64,000 bases of DNA from an uncultured Planctomycetota bacterium. Lineage in GTDB: Bacteria; Planctomycetota; Planctomycetia; Pirellulales; Lacipirellulaceae. Numbering within the stretch: position 1 is the stretch's first letter; each line of letters opens with the position of its first letter. A program made the position numbers and the translations under genes. Shown piece after piece: positions 9,570-20,535 of the stretch. Below the pieces are notes generated by a model. It was not told where the DNA came from, searched no databases, and saw only the letters and a list, made by a program, of their open reading frames with translations. Location of the stretch: assembly GCA_963719315.1 (NCBI GenBank), contig CAVRBU010000002.1, positions 288,001-352,000 of the forward strand. Direction: 5' to 3'.

Positions 9570-11186
9570 CTACTCTTTCAATGGCATTCGATAACATGCG
9601 GCTTCACGAGAGTTTCGCACGAGCAAGAACGGTGCCGCAAACGCCGGATTATTCCACGTGACGTTTGCATCATCGAGCACGCGCACACTGGCCAATTCGC
9701 GGTATTCGCGTGGTGACGCCTCGACCAGTGCCAGCTCGCCCGTTTCGGATAACACTAGAATCGTATTGCCGATGAGCATGATTTGCCCGTGGCCGAAGGC
9801 GGGCTCGCGGCGTTTCTTCCACTTCACCGCACCGGTTTCCAACTCCATACATTCGAGCAATACATCGTCGAGCCCGTAGACATAGCCGTCGCAAAACACA
9901 ATGTTGCTGAACTTGGACTTCATCACCTTCTTGATCGGTGGCTGCCAGAGCGGCAATGCAGAAAGATCTCCGGCTGAGTCGCGTTTGATTGCCAGCAGCG
10001 AACAACCGACGCCATAGCCTTTCGAAAGGAATAATCGATCGCCCTCCAACGGCACTGGCTGCGGGCAAGACGCACTGCTGTCGTGTTCGTCGGGCCAGGG
10101 GCGTTCCCACAACACTTTGCCGTCGCCGGCGCGATGGCCCGTCACCCAGCCTTCGTTTACGACGATGATTTGGCGCTCGCCGGCGAGTGTGGCCAAAACC
10201 GGCGAGGCGTAACTCGCTTGCCGTGCGCCGGCTTTCCAGCGGACGGCGCCGGTTGCGATGTCAAACGCGACGAGGGAGGAGTTGTATTTGGTGGAATCCG
10301 CCGTGGATCCGGCCGCAGAAGCGGCCTCGCCGGATTCGCCGGACGGGGCGCCAACGCTGATTATGGCCATATCGGCCACGACGAGTGGTGAGCCGGATTT
10401 TCCCCAAGTGGTGACGGCTGCGCCGAACTCGTTGGCAGTGTCATGCATCCAGAGCGCGTGGCCGGTACGGGCGTCGAGACAATTGACGATTCCAGTACCA
10501 CCCTGCGTAAAGATGCGGTCGCCGTGGATGGTAGGAGTTGCCCGCGGGCCAACGTCGCCTAGACCGCCGATGGCATCCGCCGGGTCGAACCGCGTTTTGT
10601 CGGCATGCGTCCACACCGGTTCGCCCGTCTGCAGCCGATAGCAAGTGACGAGCTCATTCTCGCCGCGTTGTTCCTGAGTGACCGCGTAGTCGCCGACAAT
10701 AGAGAACGCTCCCCAACCCGCGCCAATTTCGTGTCGCCACAATTCTTTTGGCGGATGGTCTTGCCAGTTGGTCTCCAATTCGACGCCATCGACCTCGGCC
10801 CAATATCCGTTGCCCAGAAAGCGTGGATAGTCACGGGGCGCAGATTTCCAATCGGATGCCTCACCGGCCGAAATAAGTTGCTTCAGCGATTCGTCAGCAT
10901 TTTTCGCGAACCGCAACCGCCAGCGGTAAACGCCCATATCGCCGTTATAGACCGGCCGAAACGCGATGAAAAACGCAGCAACTCCAACCGCCAATGTGCC
11001 GACTAATGCCCACCGGATTCGACGCTGCCCACCGCAGTAGAAGAGAAACCATACTGCGATCGCCGCGACGCTAGTCAGCAGAACGATCACGTGTCCCAGT
11101 GTGTGGTATCGCGAGTAATTCGCGTGCCACAGCCACCACGTAGCAGCCGCCGTCAACACAAGCGCGGGAAACCATCTGTGGCGCAT
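9570..11186 (-). CDS. PQQ-like beta-propeller repeat protein (BamB-like) with N-terminal TM helices
   Basis: YPRFLG, ELWR, GPRATPT, repeated LD..TG...W blades, TWNNPA. Start uncertain. Confidence 0.85.
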   Translation of the reverse strand: MRHRWFPALVLTAAATWWLWHANYSRYHTLGHVIVLLTSVAAIAVWFLFYCGGQRRIRWALVGTLAVGVAAFFIAFRPVYNGDMGVYRWRLRFAKNADESLKQLISAGEASDWKSAPRDYPRFLGNGYWAEVDGVELETNWQDHPPKELWRHEIGAGWGAFSIVGDYAVTQEQRGENELVTCYRLQTGEPVWTHADKTRFDPADAIGGLGDVGPRATPTIHGDRIFTQGGTGIVNCLDARTGHALWMHDTANEFGAAVTTWGKSGSPLVVADMAIISVGAPSGESGEAASAAGSTADSTKYNSSLVAFDIATGAVRWKAGARQASYASPVLATLAGERQIIVVNEGWVTGHRAGDGKVLWERPWPDEHDSSASCPQPVPLEGDRLFLSKGYGVGCSLLAIKRDSAGDLSALPLWQPPIKKVMKSKFSNIVFCDGYVYGLDDVLLECMELETGAVKWKKRREPAFGHGQIMLIGNTILVLSETGELALVEASPREYRELASVRVLDDANVTWNNPAFAAPFLLVRNSREAACYRMPLKE

Positions 11187-11375
11187 CGGCGATTTTGCGT
11201 GTGGGCAAGTCGGCATGGTTTGCGCGGCATCTGCCGCGTTGCGTGCTCTGTTCGAGTTGTATTGAATCGTAGGGATCGAGAAGCAAGGCGGCAAGGCGAC
11301 TGCCGGGGCACCCGCGTTGTTGTTAGGATGAAATGCGCCGGAAAGCACGCACTTCACTCGTTGGCAGACTCGTAT

Positions 11376-12157
11376 ATGGCAGACTTCGACGATTCGCTGA
11401 ATGGCCAAGCGGCGGTGGTCACTGGTAGCTCCGGCGGCATCGGGCGAGCGATCGCACTGGAATTGGCACGTGCGGGGGCGGACATACTCGTCCACGCACG
11501 ACAAAATCGGCAAGGCGCCGAAGAAACTGCCGACTCGATCGCGCGCTCGGCCGTGAAGCGAATGTGCTATTGGCCGATCTCAGCGATCTTGCTGCGCAAG
11601 ACGAGCTGGTGGCGGCTGCCTGGAAGTGGCGCAAGATTGATGTGTGGGTGAACAATGCGGGCGTCGATGTACTGACGGGCGCGGCCGCTAAGTGGTCGTT
11701 TGAGGAGAAACTGACCGCGTTATGGAGGGTCGATGTCGTTGGCACACTTCGACTGTCTCGCGCGGTTGGCGAGCGGATGCGCGAGCGCGGCCACGGCGTA
11801 ATCCTCAACATGGGCTGGGATCAGGCGGAGACGGGTATGGCTGGCGACAGCGGGCAGATGTTTACCGCGGTCAAGGCTGCCGTGATGGCTGCTACACGGA
11901 GCCTCGCCAAGTCGTTTGCGCCGGAAGTGCGCGTCAATTGCGTGGCGCCGGGGTGGATCCGCACCGATTGGGGCCAGCAGGCATCCGACGCCTGGCAGAG
12001 AATCGCAGTTGGCGACTCCCTGCTTGAGCGTTGGGGCGAGCCCGAGGACGTGGCGCGGGCGGCACGTTTTCTCGTTTCTCCCGCGGCCGGATTCATCAAC
12101 GGACAAATAATCCAAGTCAATGGCGGACGCAACGACTCTGGAAATGTGCGTAAGTGA
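11376..12157 (+). CDS. SDR-family oxidoreductase, atypical FxxxK (frameshift near 11541)
   Basis: TGSSGGIG in one frame; NNAG, MFTAVK and VNCVAPGWIRT in the next frame. Confidence 0.82.
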
Positions 12158-12166
12158 AGACTGGTC

Positions 12167-13579
12167 ATGCCTGCTGAGCACATCCATTTCGTGACTGGCC
12201 GCCTCGCCGAGCACTCGTTGCGTACGACGGTCGAACGGCTCGCCCGCGATATGGAGTTTGCGTACTCAATCGACGTACTGCCCATTACGGTGGCCGCGTT
12301 AATGACGCCCGAATGGATCGCGCGGCGAATCAAGCTATCGGTCGGCGCCACGCGTGTGCTAGTGCCAGGTTATTGCACCGGAGATTTGCAACCAATTCAA
12401 GCATCGACCGGTGTTCCGGTTGAACGTGGCCCGCGCGACTTGCGCGAACTGCCGGCGTTCTTTGGCCGCGAGCCAACTCCCGCCGATTACGGCGCATACG
12501 ACATCGAGATCATTGCGGAGATCAACCATTGTCCGCGATTGTCACTCGCCGAAATCCGAGACACAGCACGGCGATTGGCGGTCGACGGGACGGACGTGAT
12601 CGATGTCGGTTGCGAACCCGACGGCCCCTGGTCCGGAGTGGCAGATGTCGTCCGCGCTCTCTGTGATGACGGGCACCGAGTTTCGATCGATAGCCTGGAC
12701 CCGCTCGAAATCGCGCCGGCAGTCCGCGCGGGGGCGGGGCTGGTGTTATCGGTAAACCGCTCGAATCGGGAGGCAGCCCGCGATTGGGGGTGCGAAGTAG
12801 TCGTCGTGCCCGATGATCCGCGGTCGTTTGCAGGGCTCGACGAGACCATTGAAGATTTGGCCAGCCACGGTGTGCGGTTGCGGATCGACCCGGTTTTGGA
12901 ACCCATTGGGTTCGGCTTCGCCCAGAGCCTGGGCCGGTATTTGAGCGTCCGCGAGCGCTATCCGGATGCGGAAATGATGATGGGAATCGGCAATCTGACG
13001 GAACTAACCGACGCCGATTCGGCGGCCATCAACGCAGTGCTGTTGGGATTCTGCGAAGAACTAAGAATCCGTAGCGTGCTTACCACGCAAGTCATCAACT
13101 GGGCCCGCACGAGTGTGCGCGAGTGCGATCTCGCGCGGCGGCTCATGTATCACTCTATCCGGCACCGAGTATTGCCGAAGCATTTGGAGCCGCGGTTAGT
13201 GATACTCCGCGATCCGACCGTCGAGGAAATGCCGCAAAACGATTTGGAGCGGCTCGCGCGCGAAATCAAGGACGCGAATTACCGCATTTTCGTGGCCGGC
13301 GGCGAAGTCCACGTCGTGAGTCGCAGCCTGCACCTACATGGCGCGGACCCGTTTACCATCTTTGAGCAATTGAGGCACGAGGGCGAAGGAGGCGGGCTGC
13401 CGAAAAATTTAGATGCCGCTCACTCCTTCTATCTGGGCTACGAGATGTGCAAAGCGGCGACCGCGCTTGCGCTCGACAAGCAGTATCAACAAGATGAGCC
13501 ACTGAATTGGGGGTTCTTGACGCGCGACGAAGCGCAACACTATCTGCGGGCGCAACCCGATCCGCCGGAGGCGCCGTAA
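12167..13579 (+). CDS. Dihydropteroate-synthase-related pterin-binding protein (Orf20-like, methanopterin pathway)
   Basis: FVTGRLA...ITVAALMT N-domain; DVIDVGC, VSIDS, DPVLEPIGFG, GIGNLTELTDADS; C-terminal HSFYLGYEMCKA...YQQDEPL. Confidence 0.8.
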   Translation: MPAEHIHFVTGRLAEHSLRTTVERLARDMEFAYSIDVLPITVAALMTPEWIARRIKLSVGATRVLVPGYCTGDLQPIQASTGVPVERGPRDLRELPAFFGREPTPADYGAYDIEIIAEINHCPRLSLAEIRDTARRLAVDGTDVIDVGCEPDGPWSGVADVVRALCDDGHRVSIDSLDPLEIAPAVRAGAGLVLSVNRSNREAARDWGCEVVVVPDDPRSFAGLDETIEDLASHGVRLRIDPVLEPIGFGFAQSLGRYLSVRERYPDAEMMMGIGNLTELTDADSAAINAVLLGFCEELRIRSVLTTQVINWARTSVRECDLARRLMYHSIRHRVLPKHLEPRLVILRDPTVEEMPQNDLERLAREIKDANYRIFVAGGEVHVVSRSLHLHGADPFTIFEQLRHEGEGGGLPKNLDAAHSFYLGYEMCKAATALALDKQYQQDEPLNWGFLTRDEAQHYLRAQPDPPEAP

Positions 13580-13581
13580 AG

Positions 13582-15001
13582 ATGGCAGCCGACGAACAAG
13601 AAATGCTGCCGCTGGTGGAGCGGCTGAGCCCATCGCTCACGGCCGTGGACGTTTTTAGGCGGTTGAGCGGTTTGCCGCATGTCGTGTTTTTCGATAGCGC
13701 GATGCGGCACGAAAAACTGGGCCGCTACTCATTCGTCGCCGCCGATCCCATTGAATGGCTCACGTCGGCCGACGGAAGTGGGGCTTTCGCTCAACTGACA
13801 GACCGTGTCCAGACATTGCCTAATCGGATTCGGCCGGAGCTTCCACCGTTTCAGGGAGGGTGGGCCGGATTGTTCGGTTACGAGCTTGCCGGCAGTTTTG
13901 AGCGGGTGCCGCGGGCCAAGATCGACGAATTTAATGTGCCAGACCTCGCCGTCGGATTGTACGACGTGATTGCGGCGTTTGACCATCGCCTGGGATCGGC
14001 CTACCTGATTTCGCAGGGGATTCCGGAGATCGATCCGAAGGCACGATTTGAACGGGCGGCGAACAGACTGGCGTATTTCCGCGGGCTGTTGGCAAACCCA
14101 GCTACAAACGGAGAACAACGACATCGCGGCGCGTCGAATCTGGCGGCCAGTGAACTCGCCCCGCAATTCTCGATTGCAGGACGCGGCGGGTTAACTAGCA
14201 ATTTCTCGGCAGATGATTATCGCCGCGCGGTACAACGGGCCATCATCTACATCTACGCAGGCGATGTATTTCAAGTGAATCTCTCGCAGCGGCTTCTGCA
14301 TTCGGCTGCCTCGTCGCCGATCGAATTGTATTGCCGTCTGCGAAAGCGAAATCCGGCCCCGTTTGCCGGCTATTTGGACGGCGGCGATTGGCAAATCATG
14401 AGCGCGTCGCCCGAGCGATTCGTGCGGGTGGCGGATGGCCAAGTTGAAACTCGGCCGATCAAGGGCACGCGCGGCCGAGCCCGGCGCCCCGAGGCCGACT
14501 TGTTTGCCGGCGACGATTTGCGGGCGAGCGAAAAGGACCGCGCCGAGAATGTCATGATCGTCGATTTGCTGCGCAACGACCTGTCGCGCACGTGCCGGCC
14601 GGAAAGCGTGCGGGTATCGCAACTATGCGGACTGGAAATGTATGAATACGTGCAGCATTTGGTCTCGGTTGTGGAAGGAACGCTGCGTTCGGAACGTCAC
14701 ACCCCTCGACGTGCTGCGAACCTCGTTTCCCGGCGGATCGGTCACCGGTGCGCCGAAGATTCGCGCGATGGAAATCATCTCAGAATTGGAACCAACCGTG
14801 CGCGGCGCCTATTGCGGGTCGCTCGGCTATCTCGGCGTCGGGGACCAAGTGGATACAAACATCCTCATTCGCACAATCACCAGCGCGCGCGGCTGGTGGC
14901 AACTCCCGGTCGGCGGTGGAATCGTGGCCGGGTCCGAGCCGCAGAGCGAGTATGAAGAGACCTGGCACAAAGCGGCGGGGATGTTGCGGGCACTTGCCTG
15001 A
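13582..15001 (+). CDS. pabB: Aminodeoxychorismate synthase component I (frameshift near 14695)
   Basis: [74 protein letters not shown]. Confidence 0.88.
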
Positions 15002-15076
15002 CTTCGATTGTTAGATATCGGATGCCCGTGATAGAATTAAAACAGTGAATGCATCCTCTTGCGACGACCGAGAATC

Positions 15077-15607
15077 ATGACCGAGCGGCAATTCTACGAC
15101 TGGCAGACGGCAGGCGGCGGCGGCGATGTGCTGTGCCTCGTGGGAGTGCTGGAACGGCTGGAGATTCCGTGGTGCATGATCGGCGGGCTGGCCGTCAACC
15201 ATTGGTCGGAGGAGCCGCTGGCTACGGCTGACGTCGATGTTGTTATCGCGCACGAACGCGTGGAAGAAGCAGTGGAGGCATTGGTCGAGAACGGCTTTAC
15301 AGCGAATCGATTTGAATGGTCGATCAATCTGACGGGCTCGTCCAAAGTATCGATGCAAATCAGCACGGACGAAATGTATCGCGAATTCCCGTCTCGCAGC
15401 GCCGCCGCGGACGTGCACGGCATCCTGATGCGTGTCGCGTCGTTGCATGACACGCTGGCGGGGAAGATCGTCGCTTGGCGAGATCATCGCCGCCGGCCGA
15501 GCAAGCGGCAAAAGGACTTGCTCGACATCATGCGCTTGGTGGAATCGCACCCTGAATTAAAATTCGACCTACCGACGGAATTGGCGGCGCAAATGCCAGA
15601 GCAGTAA
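15077..15607 (+). CDS. Polymerase-beta-type nucleotidyltransferase (DUF6036/AbiEii-like)
   Basis: MIGGLAV...ATADVDVV; K...RRPSKRQKDLLDI. Confidence 0.72.
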   Translation: MTERQFYDWQTAGGGGDVLCLVGVLERLEIPWCMIGGLAVNHWSEEPLATADVDVVIAHERVEEAVEALVENGFTANRFEWSINLTGSSKVSMQISTDEMYREFPSRSAAADVHGILMRVASLHDTLAGKIVAWRDHRRRPSKRQKDLLDIMRLVESHPELKFDLPTELAAQMPEQ

Positions 15608-15633
15608 ATTCGCGGGAGGAGTCGTTCGCCGTG

Positions 15634-15706
15634 GGTGGCACCGACTTTCGGCCGCCTGTGCATCGCCATCGCACCCAAGCTTCCACGGCCGAATGTCGGT
15701 GCCACC
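15634..15706. repeat. Long intergenic inverted repeat (REP-like) between convergent genes
   Basis: GGTGGCACCGACTTTCGGCCG ... CGGCCGAATGTCGGTGCCACC; 21-bp arms with one mismatch. Confidence 0.7.
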
Positions 15707-15752
15707 TGCGTGATGTCCCCTTTTCCTTCCCCAAAGGCAAAACGCAATGGTT

Positions 15753-16819
15753 CTATTTCCGTCCCCTTCTCAGCAACAGTATTAGCATGCCGGCTAAGGT
15801 CAAGATAATACTGGCGGGCTCGGGAATGCTTGCCACGCGGAACCCAAAGTAGTTATCCTCGCCGGTTGTACCGCCGTCCTTACGGTAGAGCGAGCGCAGG
15901 CCCTCAAAGGAGAGGTTCCACGACCCGCCGCGAACGCCGCGCGATGTACTAGTCACGGCCGTTTCATTCCACTCCCAAACATTGCCTCCTTGGTCGAATG
16001 TGCCGTAGTAGCTCGGTGACCACGTGTAGGCGCCTACGTCGGTCAAGTAATTCTGGCTGCGGCTATAGCTTTCCGAGCCTGTTACCGCGTAACCGTCGGC
16101 ATATCCATTATTTGCATTGACTGTGCCATCACTCTGAAGGAAGTTTCCGACCCGTGTGTTGTCGGGCGTTTCGCCGGGCGGTTGGTCGGACCAAGGCACA
16201 CTGTTGGTTTTCATGGGAAACAACCAATAACCGTCTGTGTCTCCCCCTTTGGCGGCCGGCTGGTAATAGGCTGCCTTGTACCATTCGTTTTCTGTGGGGA
16301 TGAACCACCTGGCACCGGCGTTGCGTGAAACCGCCATTAAGGCGGAGGGGAGGATTGCACCGTTGAGCGTATATGCGCCATCTTCGGTGGTGTCGGCGTT
16401 CTGTGGTCCCGAGGGCTGGCCGTTATTGAGCCAGTTGGCGAACCGCGTCACATCGCCCCAGCTAACATAGGTGATCGGGTGATCGGCCGAGCCAATCACG
16501 CTATAGCTGTAGCTGCCCGACGAGCCGCTGGCGCGATGCCGGCTATGTTCAGGTCGGTCTCCATCCTTGTGTTGTATAGCAAATACGTGTCGGTGGCCGC
16601 GACCGCGTTGAGAAACGCCGTGTACTGCCCAACAGTCACTTCGGTGGTGCCGATGTTGTAGGCGTAGCTGACGCCGCCATAAAGATTTTGGGCTGCTACC
16701 GGATCGTTGGGGTTCCCCACGTCGCCGACCGGGACCGTGGAAATCGAGATCGCCAGAACAGCGGAGACGTTAAACGCAACAGCCAAAGAAAAAAACGAAC
16801 GGACGATGCAGCGCTTCAT
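15753..16819 (-). CDS. SUMF1/formylglycine-generating-enzyme-fold PEP-CTERM protein (frameshift near 16532)
   Basis: Signal peptide, EVTVGQY, PITYVSW, PTENEWYKAAY, DQGGNVWEW, RGGSW, GFRVA, IPEPAS-TM-RRGRK. Confidence 0.87.
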
Positions 16820-16995
16820 AAGCGTCTCACTGCACGATCAGGGCGAATCGAGGGGGGCCGCAGGTTTGATGAGTATACCCAGACAACGGGAAGAACACAA
16901 GGATTTTTGAGGACGAGCATGGAAATACTCGGCTGGCAATCTCAAAAAGCGGCAAGTGAATCACGCGGTATGAATCAGATAAACGTCGCTCAAGA

Positions 16996-17017
16996 TTTCT
17001 CGATATCAATCTGGTAA
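16996..17017 (-). repeat. Copy C (22-bp core) of the post-16S repeat
   Basis: TTTCTCGATATCAATCTGGTAA is identical to 21493-21514. Confidence 0.85.
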
Positions 17018-17662
17018 AGCGGCTCGGTTGGCCGGGGCTGAGGACGGCCTGGCTCGCCAGTCGCCGTTTTAGCCGAGAAATTACGGTCTGTGTGGAGGGT
17101 GGTAGAATACGAGTCGGGCCGCGTCTCTACTTTTGCCTCACTCTTTGAACAGCCGCTGTCTAGCGATGTCATCCGTTCCTCCTATCTCCTCCGACGCAGA
17201 TTACGCCTGGGAAGTCGCCACGCTCTTTCCCGAGCAAGGCGAGTGGTCGGAAGAGGAATATCTCGAGCTAACGGACCATTCGAATCGGCGCGTTGAGTTC
17301 ACCGATGGCCGATTGGAGTTCTCCGCGATGCCAACTGAAATCCACGAAGCATTGCTTCAGTTTTTGTTTTTTGCGTTGCATCGATTCGTGGACGATAAGA
17401 AACTTGGCAAGGTCTATTGGAATGGAATACGCATGCGAGGTCGCCCGCGAAAGATTCGCCTGCCCGACGTTGGAGATCGGCATTGAAATGGGACCCACCT
17501 GGGCGTTGAATCTGGGCCCACCTGGTTAGTTGGGGAGCGGCCCGCGAGACCCTTCGAAGGTCTCGCGCGGCCGCCTCCGTTAGTTCACTTAATGGGTTAG
17601 AGTAAACTCTCCATTTTGTTGTGCGCGATTTGCGAACGTTTTGCCGACGGGTCGCCCGAAAG

Positions 17663-18433
17663 CTACTTGCCCTTGGTGGTTCGCTTTTGTTTCATCGACT
17701 CCCGGAAGCGGTAGCTTTCACCGTTCATCTCAAAGATTTCGCAGTGGTGCGTCAGCCGGTCCAAGAGAGCAGCTGTCATCCGTTCTCCCTGAAACACCTG
17801 CTGCCATTCGCTGAACGGCAAGTTGCTGGTGATCAACAGGCTGGATCGCTCGTAGCGATCGGCGAATACCTGGAACAGCAGTTCCGCTCCGCTGCGATTG
17901 AACGAGAGATAACCGAGCTCGTCGCAGACAAGCAGATCGAGCTTGTCGAGCTGCTTCAACAATCGCTCGAGCTGGTACTGCTTCTGCGTCTCTTCCAAGC
18001 GATTGACCAGTGTGGCAGCGGTAAAGAAGCGGACTCGCTTGCCCAGTCGGCAGGCGGCCAGGCCCAAGGCGATGGCCAGATGCGTTTTTCCAGTTCCCGA
18101 ACTACCCAACAGGCAGCAGTTCTGACGCTGATCAATCCAGCCGCAGCGGGCCAGTTCCAGGATCTTGGGCTTCGAGAGGCCGGGCGCCGCGCTAAAGTCG
18201 AATGCATCGAGGTCCTTCTGCACCGGGAAGCCAGCCTGTTTAATGTGCGCCTGCAGAGCATTGGCACTGCGTGTGGCTAACTCCAACTCCGTCAGGCGCA
18301 ACAGATAGTCGAGGTAGTCCTGGTTGCTGTTGGTCGCTTCCCCGGCGAGCTTGCCATACTCGGCCAGCATCGTCGGCAGGCGTAGCGCCTTGAGGTTCGA
18401 ACGCAGTAACAGGGGCGTTTCTTTCTGGGCCAT
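17663..18433 (-). CDS. istB: IS21 helper AAA+ ATPase IstB
   Basis: LKALRLP, FDF, GSSGTGKTHLAIALG, LLVCDELGY, TSNLPFSEW, LLDRLTHH, GESYR. Confidence 0.95.
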   Translation of the reverse strand: MAQKETPLLLRSNLKALRLPTMLAEYGKLAGEATNSNQDYLDYLLRLTELELATRSANALQAHIKQAGFPVQKDLDAFDFSAAPGLSKPKILELARCGWIDQRQNCCLLGSSGTGKTHLAIALGLAACRLGKRVRFFTAATLVNRLEETQKQYQLERLLKQLDKLDLLVCDELGYLSFNRSGAELLFQVFADRYERSSLLITSNLPFSEWQQVFQGERMTAALLDRLTHHCEIFEMNGESYRFRESMKQKRTTKGK

Positions 18434-19944
18434 GATCTTCTCCTCCGTGAGAGAGTAACGAGTCAAAGCGGCGCAAGTCCGGCAGCGGGACTTGCACCGC
18501 AGGAATCGATCGCAGCTGCCCGATTAGGTTCGCTTCGCCGCGGGTGGAGCGCAGCGCCAGTCGCTCGCAGAGCCCAGCAATCCGCTCGGCCGTGACGACG
18601 CCGTCGCCGCGGCAGGCCTGGATGGCCTGCTCAACCCGAGTCAGCGGGTGCTCTGCCAACAGCTGCAGCACGCGGATGAATTGCCGAGCGCCCGGCAACG
18701 ATCCGTGGCGTGTTTCAAAATGTTCGCGCAACTGGGTAAACGCCGCCGGCAGACGCCAATTGCGGTAGACGTCAGTGTGATCCAAATAGGCTGGCTTCAC
18801 TCCCAGAGTGGACAGGTAGTGCAGCGGATCGAGCACTTGCTCGCCCTGTCCGTAGGAGCGCTCGTGCCGGGCAATCCGCTGGCCGTCGCGGATGACTTCG
18901 ATGCGATCGATAGTGGCTTTTACCGTGACCGTGGCGAACGCATGCCGCCGCGGCACGCTGTAGCGATTCTTCTCCCAGGCGACCGTCTGGTACTTGTCGA
19001 CTTGACGGACCTCGCTCACGGCGGCTTCAAACGGGCGCTCGGGCAGCGGCAAGGCGCGAATCTGCTCTGTCGCGAAGCGCGCCGATCGTTTCGCTGTGGC
19101 CCGCAATCGTCCGCCGAGCATCCCGCTCGCAGCATTGAAGCAGGTAGGCATTTAGCTCTGTCAGATCCTTCACTTGAGGGACCGGCGTCGCCCACTGGCG
19201 CTCCAACAGCTTCACCCGGTTCTCGACGTGCGGCTTTTCGTTACCGCGAGCCGGCAGGCAGAACAACGGCTCGAAGTTGTAGTGACTGGCCAGCGCCTGC
19301 CAGCGCTGGTTCAACTCCCGTTGGCGGCCACGCAGAATCGTGGTCGCAACGGTTCTTGGATTATCCCACCACAGTTCTTTGGGCACGCAACGAAAAAACG
19401 CAAACGCCGCCACCGTGCCATGCAGGATCGCCTCGGTCTTTTCGCTCGGCAGCGCAATCATAAAGGTGGCGTTCGAGTAGGCCCACGTCACCAGCAGGAT
19501 CGGAACCTGGCGCCTGCCTTCCGGGAAGTCGACCCAGATCTGACCGAAGTCGCTCTCGGCCCGTTGGCCTGGCTCGTACGACAAAGGGAGAAACGTTTCG
19601 CGCTGCCGCCCCCGCGTCGCGGCCACGTACCTTCGCACCTGGTCGTAGCTGCCGACGTACTGCTCTTCGTCCCGCAGCCGCCGAAAGAGTTGCGCTCCTG
19701 TGTGACGTTGCTTGCGAGGCGCCTGCTCATCTTCGACGAGAATCGCGCCGATCCATTGCTGGTGCACATCGGTCAGCACCCGCCGCGGTCGCGGTAGCGA
19801 CAGCGTGTAAGGCCGCGGCTCTGCCTGCGCCAGTGCCTCGCGGATCTTTCGTCGCGAATGCCCAAACGTCCGGGCGATCTCCCGAATGCTCATGCCATCG
19901 CGATGAGCACGACGTATCCTGCCGTAATCCTCCACCTTCAGCAT
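18240..19944 (-). CDS. istA: IS21 transposase IstA (frameshift near 19080)
   Basis: N-terminal HTH (SIREIARTFGHSR), PGQRAESDFG, WWDN, GNEKPHVE (DDE); continues in a second frame with NRYSVP. Confidence 0.92.
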
Positions 19945-20410
19945 CCTTGACTCCGCTTCGCTGAATTCCCCAGTTTAAAAACCGGGAATCCAGCTTACGA
20001 AGTCCGCTGCGGTGGGTCCCTTTTCAATGCCGATTCCGCACCCCAGGTGGGTCCCGTTTCAATGCCGATCTCCACGACGTTTTATTCCTTCACAAGGACC
20101 ATTATGCCGTTCGCCACAATCGAGTATGGGACGGAGCCGACCTGGTGATGGAAGTCGTTAGTGACGACCCTAAGGATCGACAGCACGATTATGAGCAGAA
20201 GCTGCTGGACTACGCGGAGGCGAAAGTTGCGGAGTACTGGATCGTCGATTTCGAACGGCAGGTTGTCATCGTTCATCGCCTCGATGGCGAGCGATATGCC
20301 GTACATGGCGAGTTTACCCGCGGGGGGCACGCAATCTCGGTTTTGCTGCCAGACTTTGCTATTGATGTCGCATCGTTGTTTGCCGTGACCGACGAAATCC
20401 CAGACTGAGC

Positions 20411-20482
20411 GGCGCAATAAGAAACCCGGCGGTGAGGAGGCTAGCCCTCACGCCGGGTTACTCGATATCTATCTGGCAAGCT
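20411..20482 (-). repeat. Copy B (72 bp) of the post-16S processing-stem/terminator repeat
   Basis: 68/72 identical to 21446-21517; contains the CCCGGCG-TGAGG...CCTCA-CCGCCGGG hairpin followed by TTTCTTATT on the minus strand. Confidence 0.92.
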
Positions 20483-20535
20483 CGCGGAGAGAGTCCGAAG
20501 CGGATGGCGGCCCGGCTGGGGGGCTGGCTTCCGCT

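Larger units (their letters stand above)
17471..20074 (-). mobile_element. IS21-family insertion sequence, 2604 bp
   Basis: TG...CA ends; 33-bp IRs TGGAGATCGGCATTGAAA(T/C)GGGACCCACCTGGG with additional subterminal repeats; 6-bp TSD CGACGT (17465-17470 and 20075-20080); istA and istB. Confidence 0.96.
17166..20408 (+). pseudogene. Uma2-family (DUF820) endonuclease interrupted by IS21
   Basis: 5' part WSEEEYL...RVEFTDGRLE..MPT..H...KIRLPDV. After removing the IS and one TSD the frame continues LFLHKDH...DGADLVMEVVSDD...DYEQKLLDYAEAKVAEYWIVD. Confidence 0.9.
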
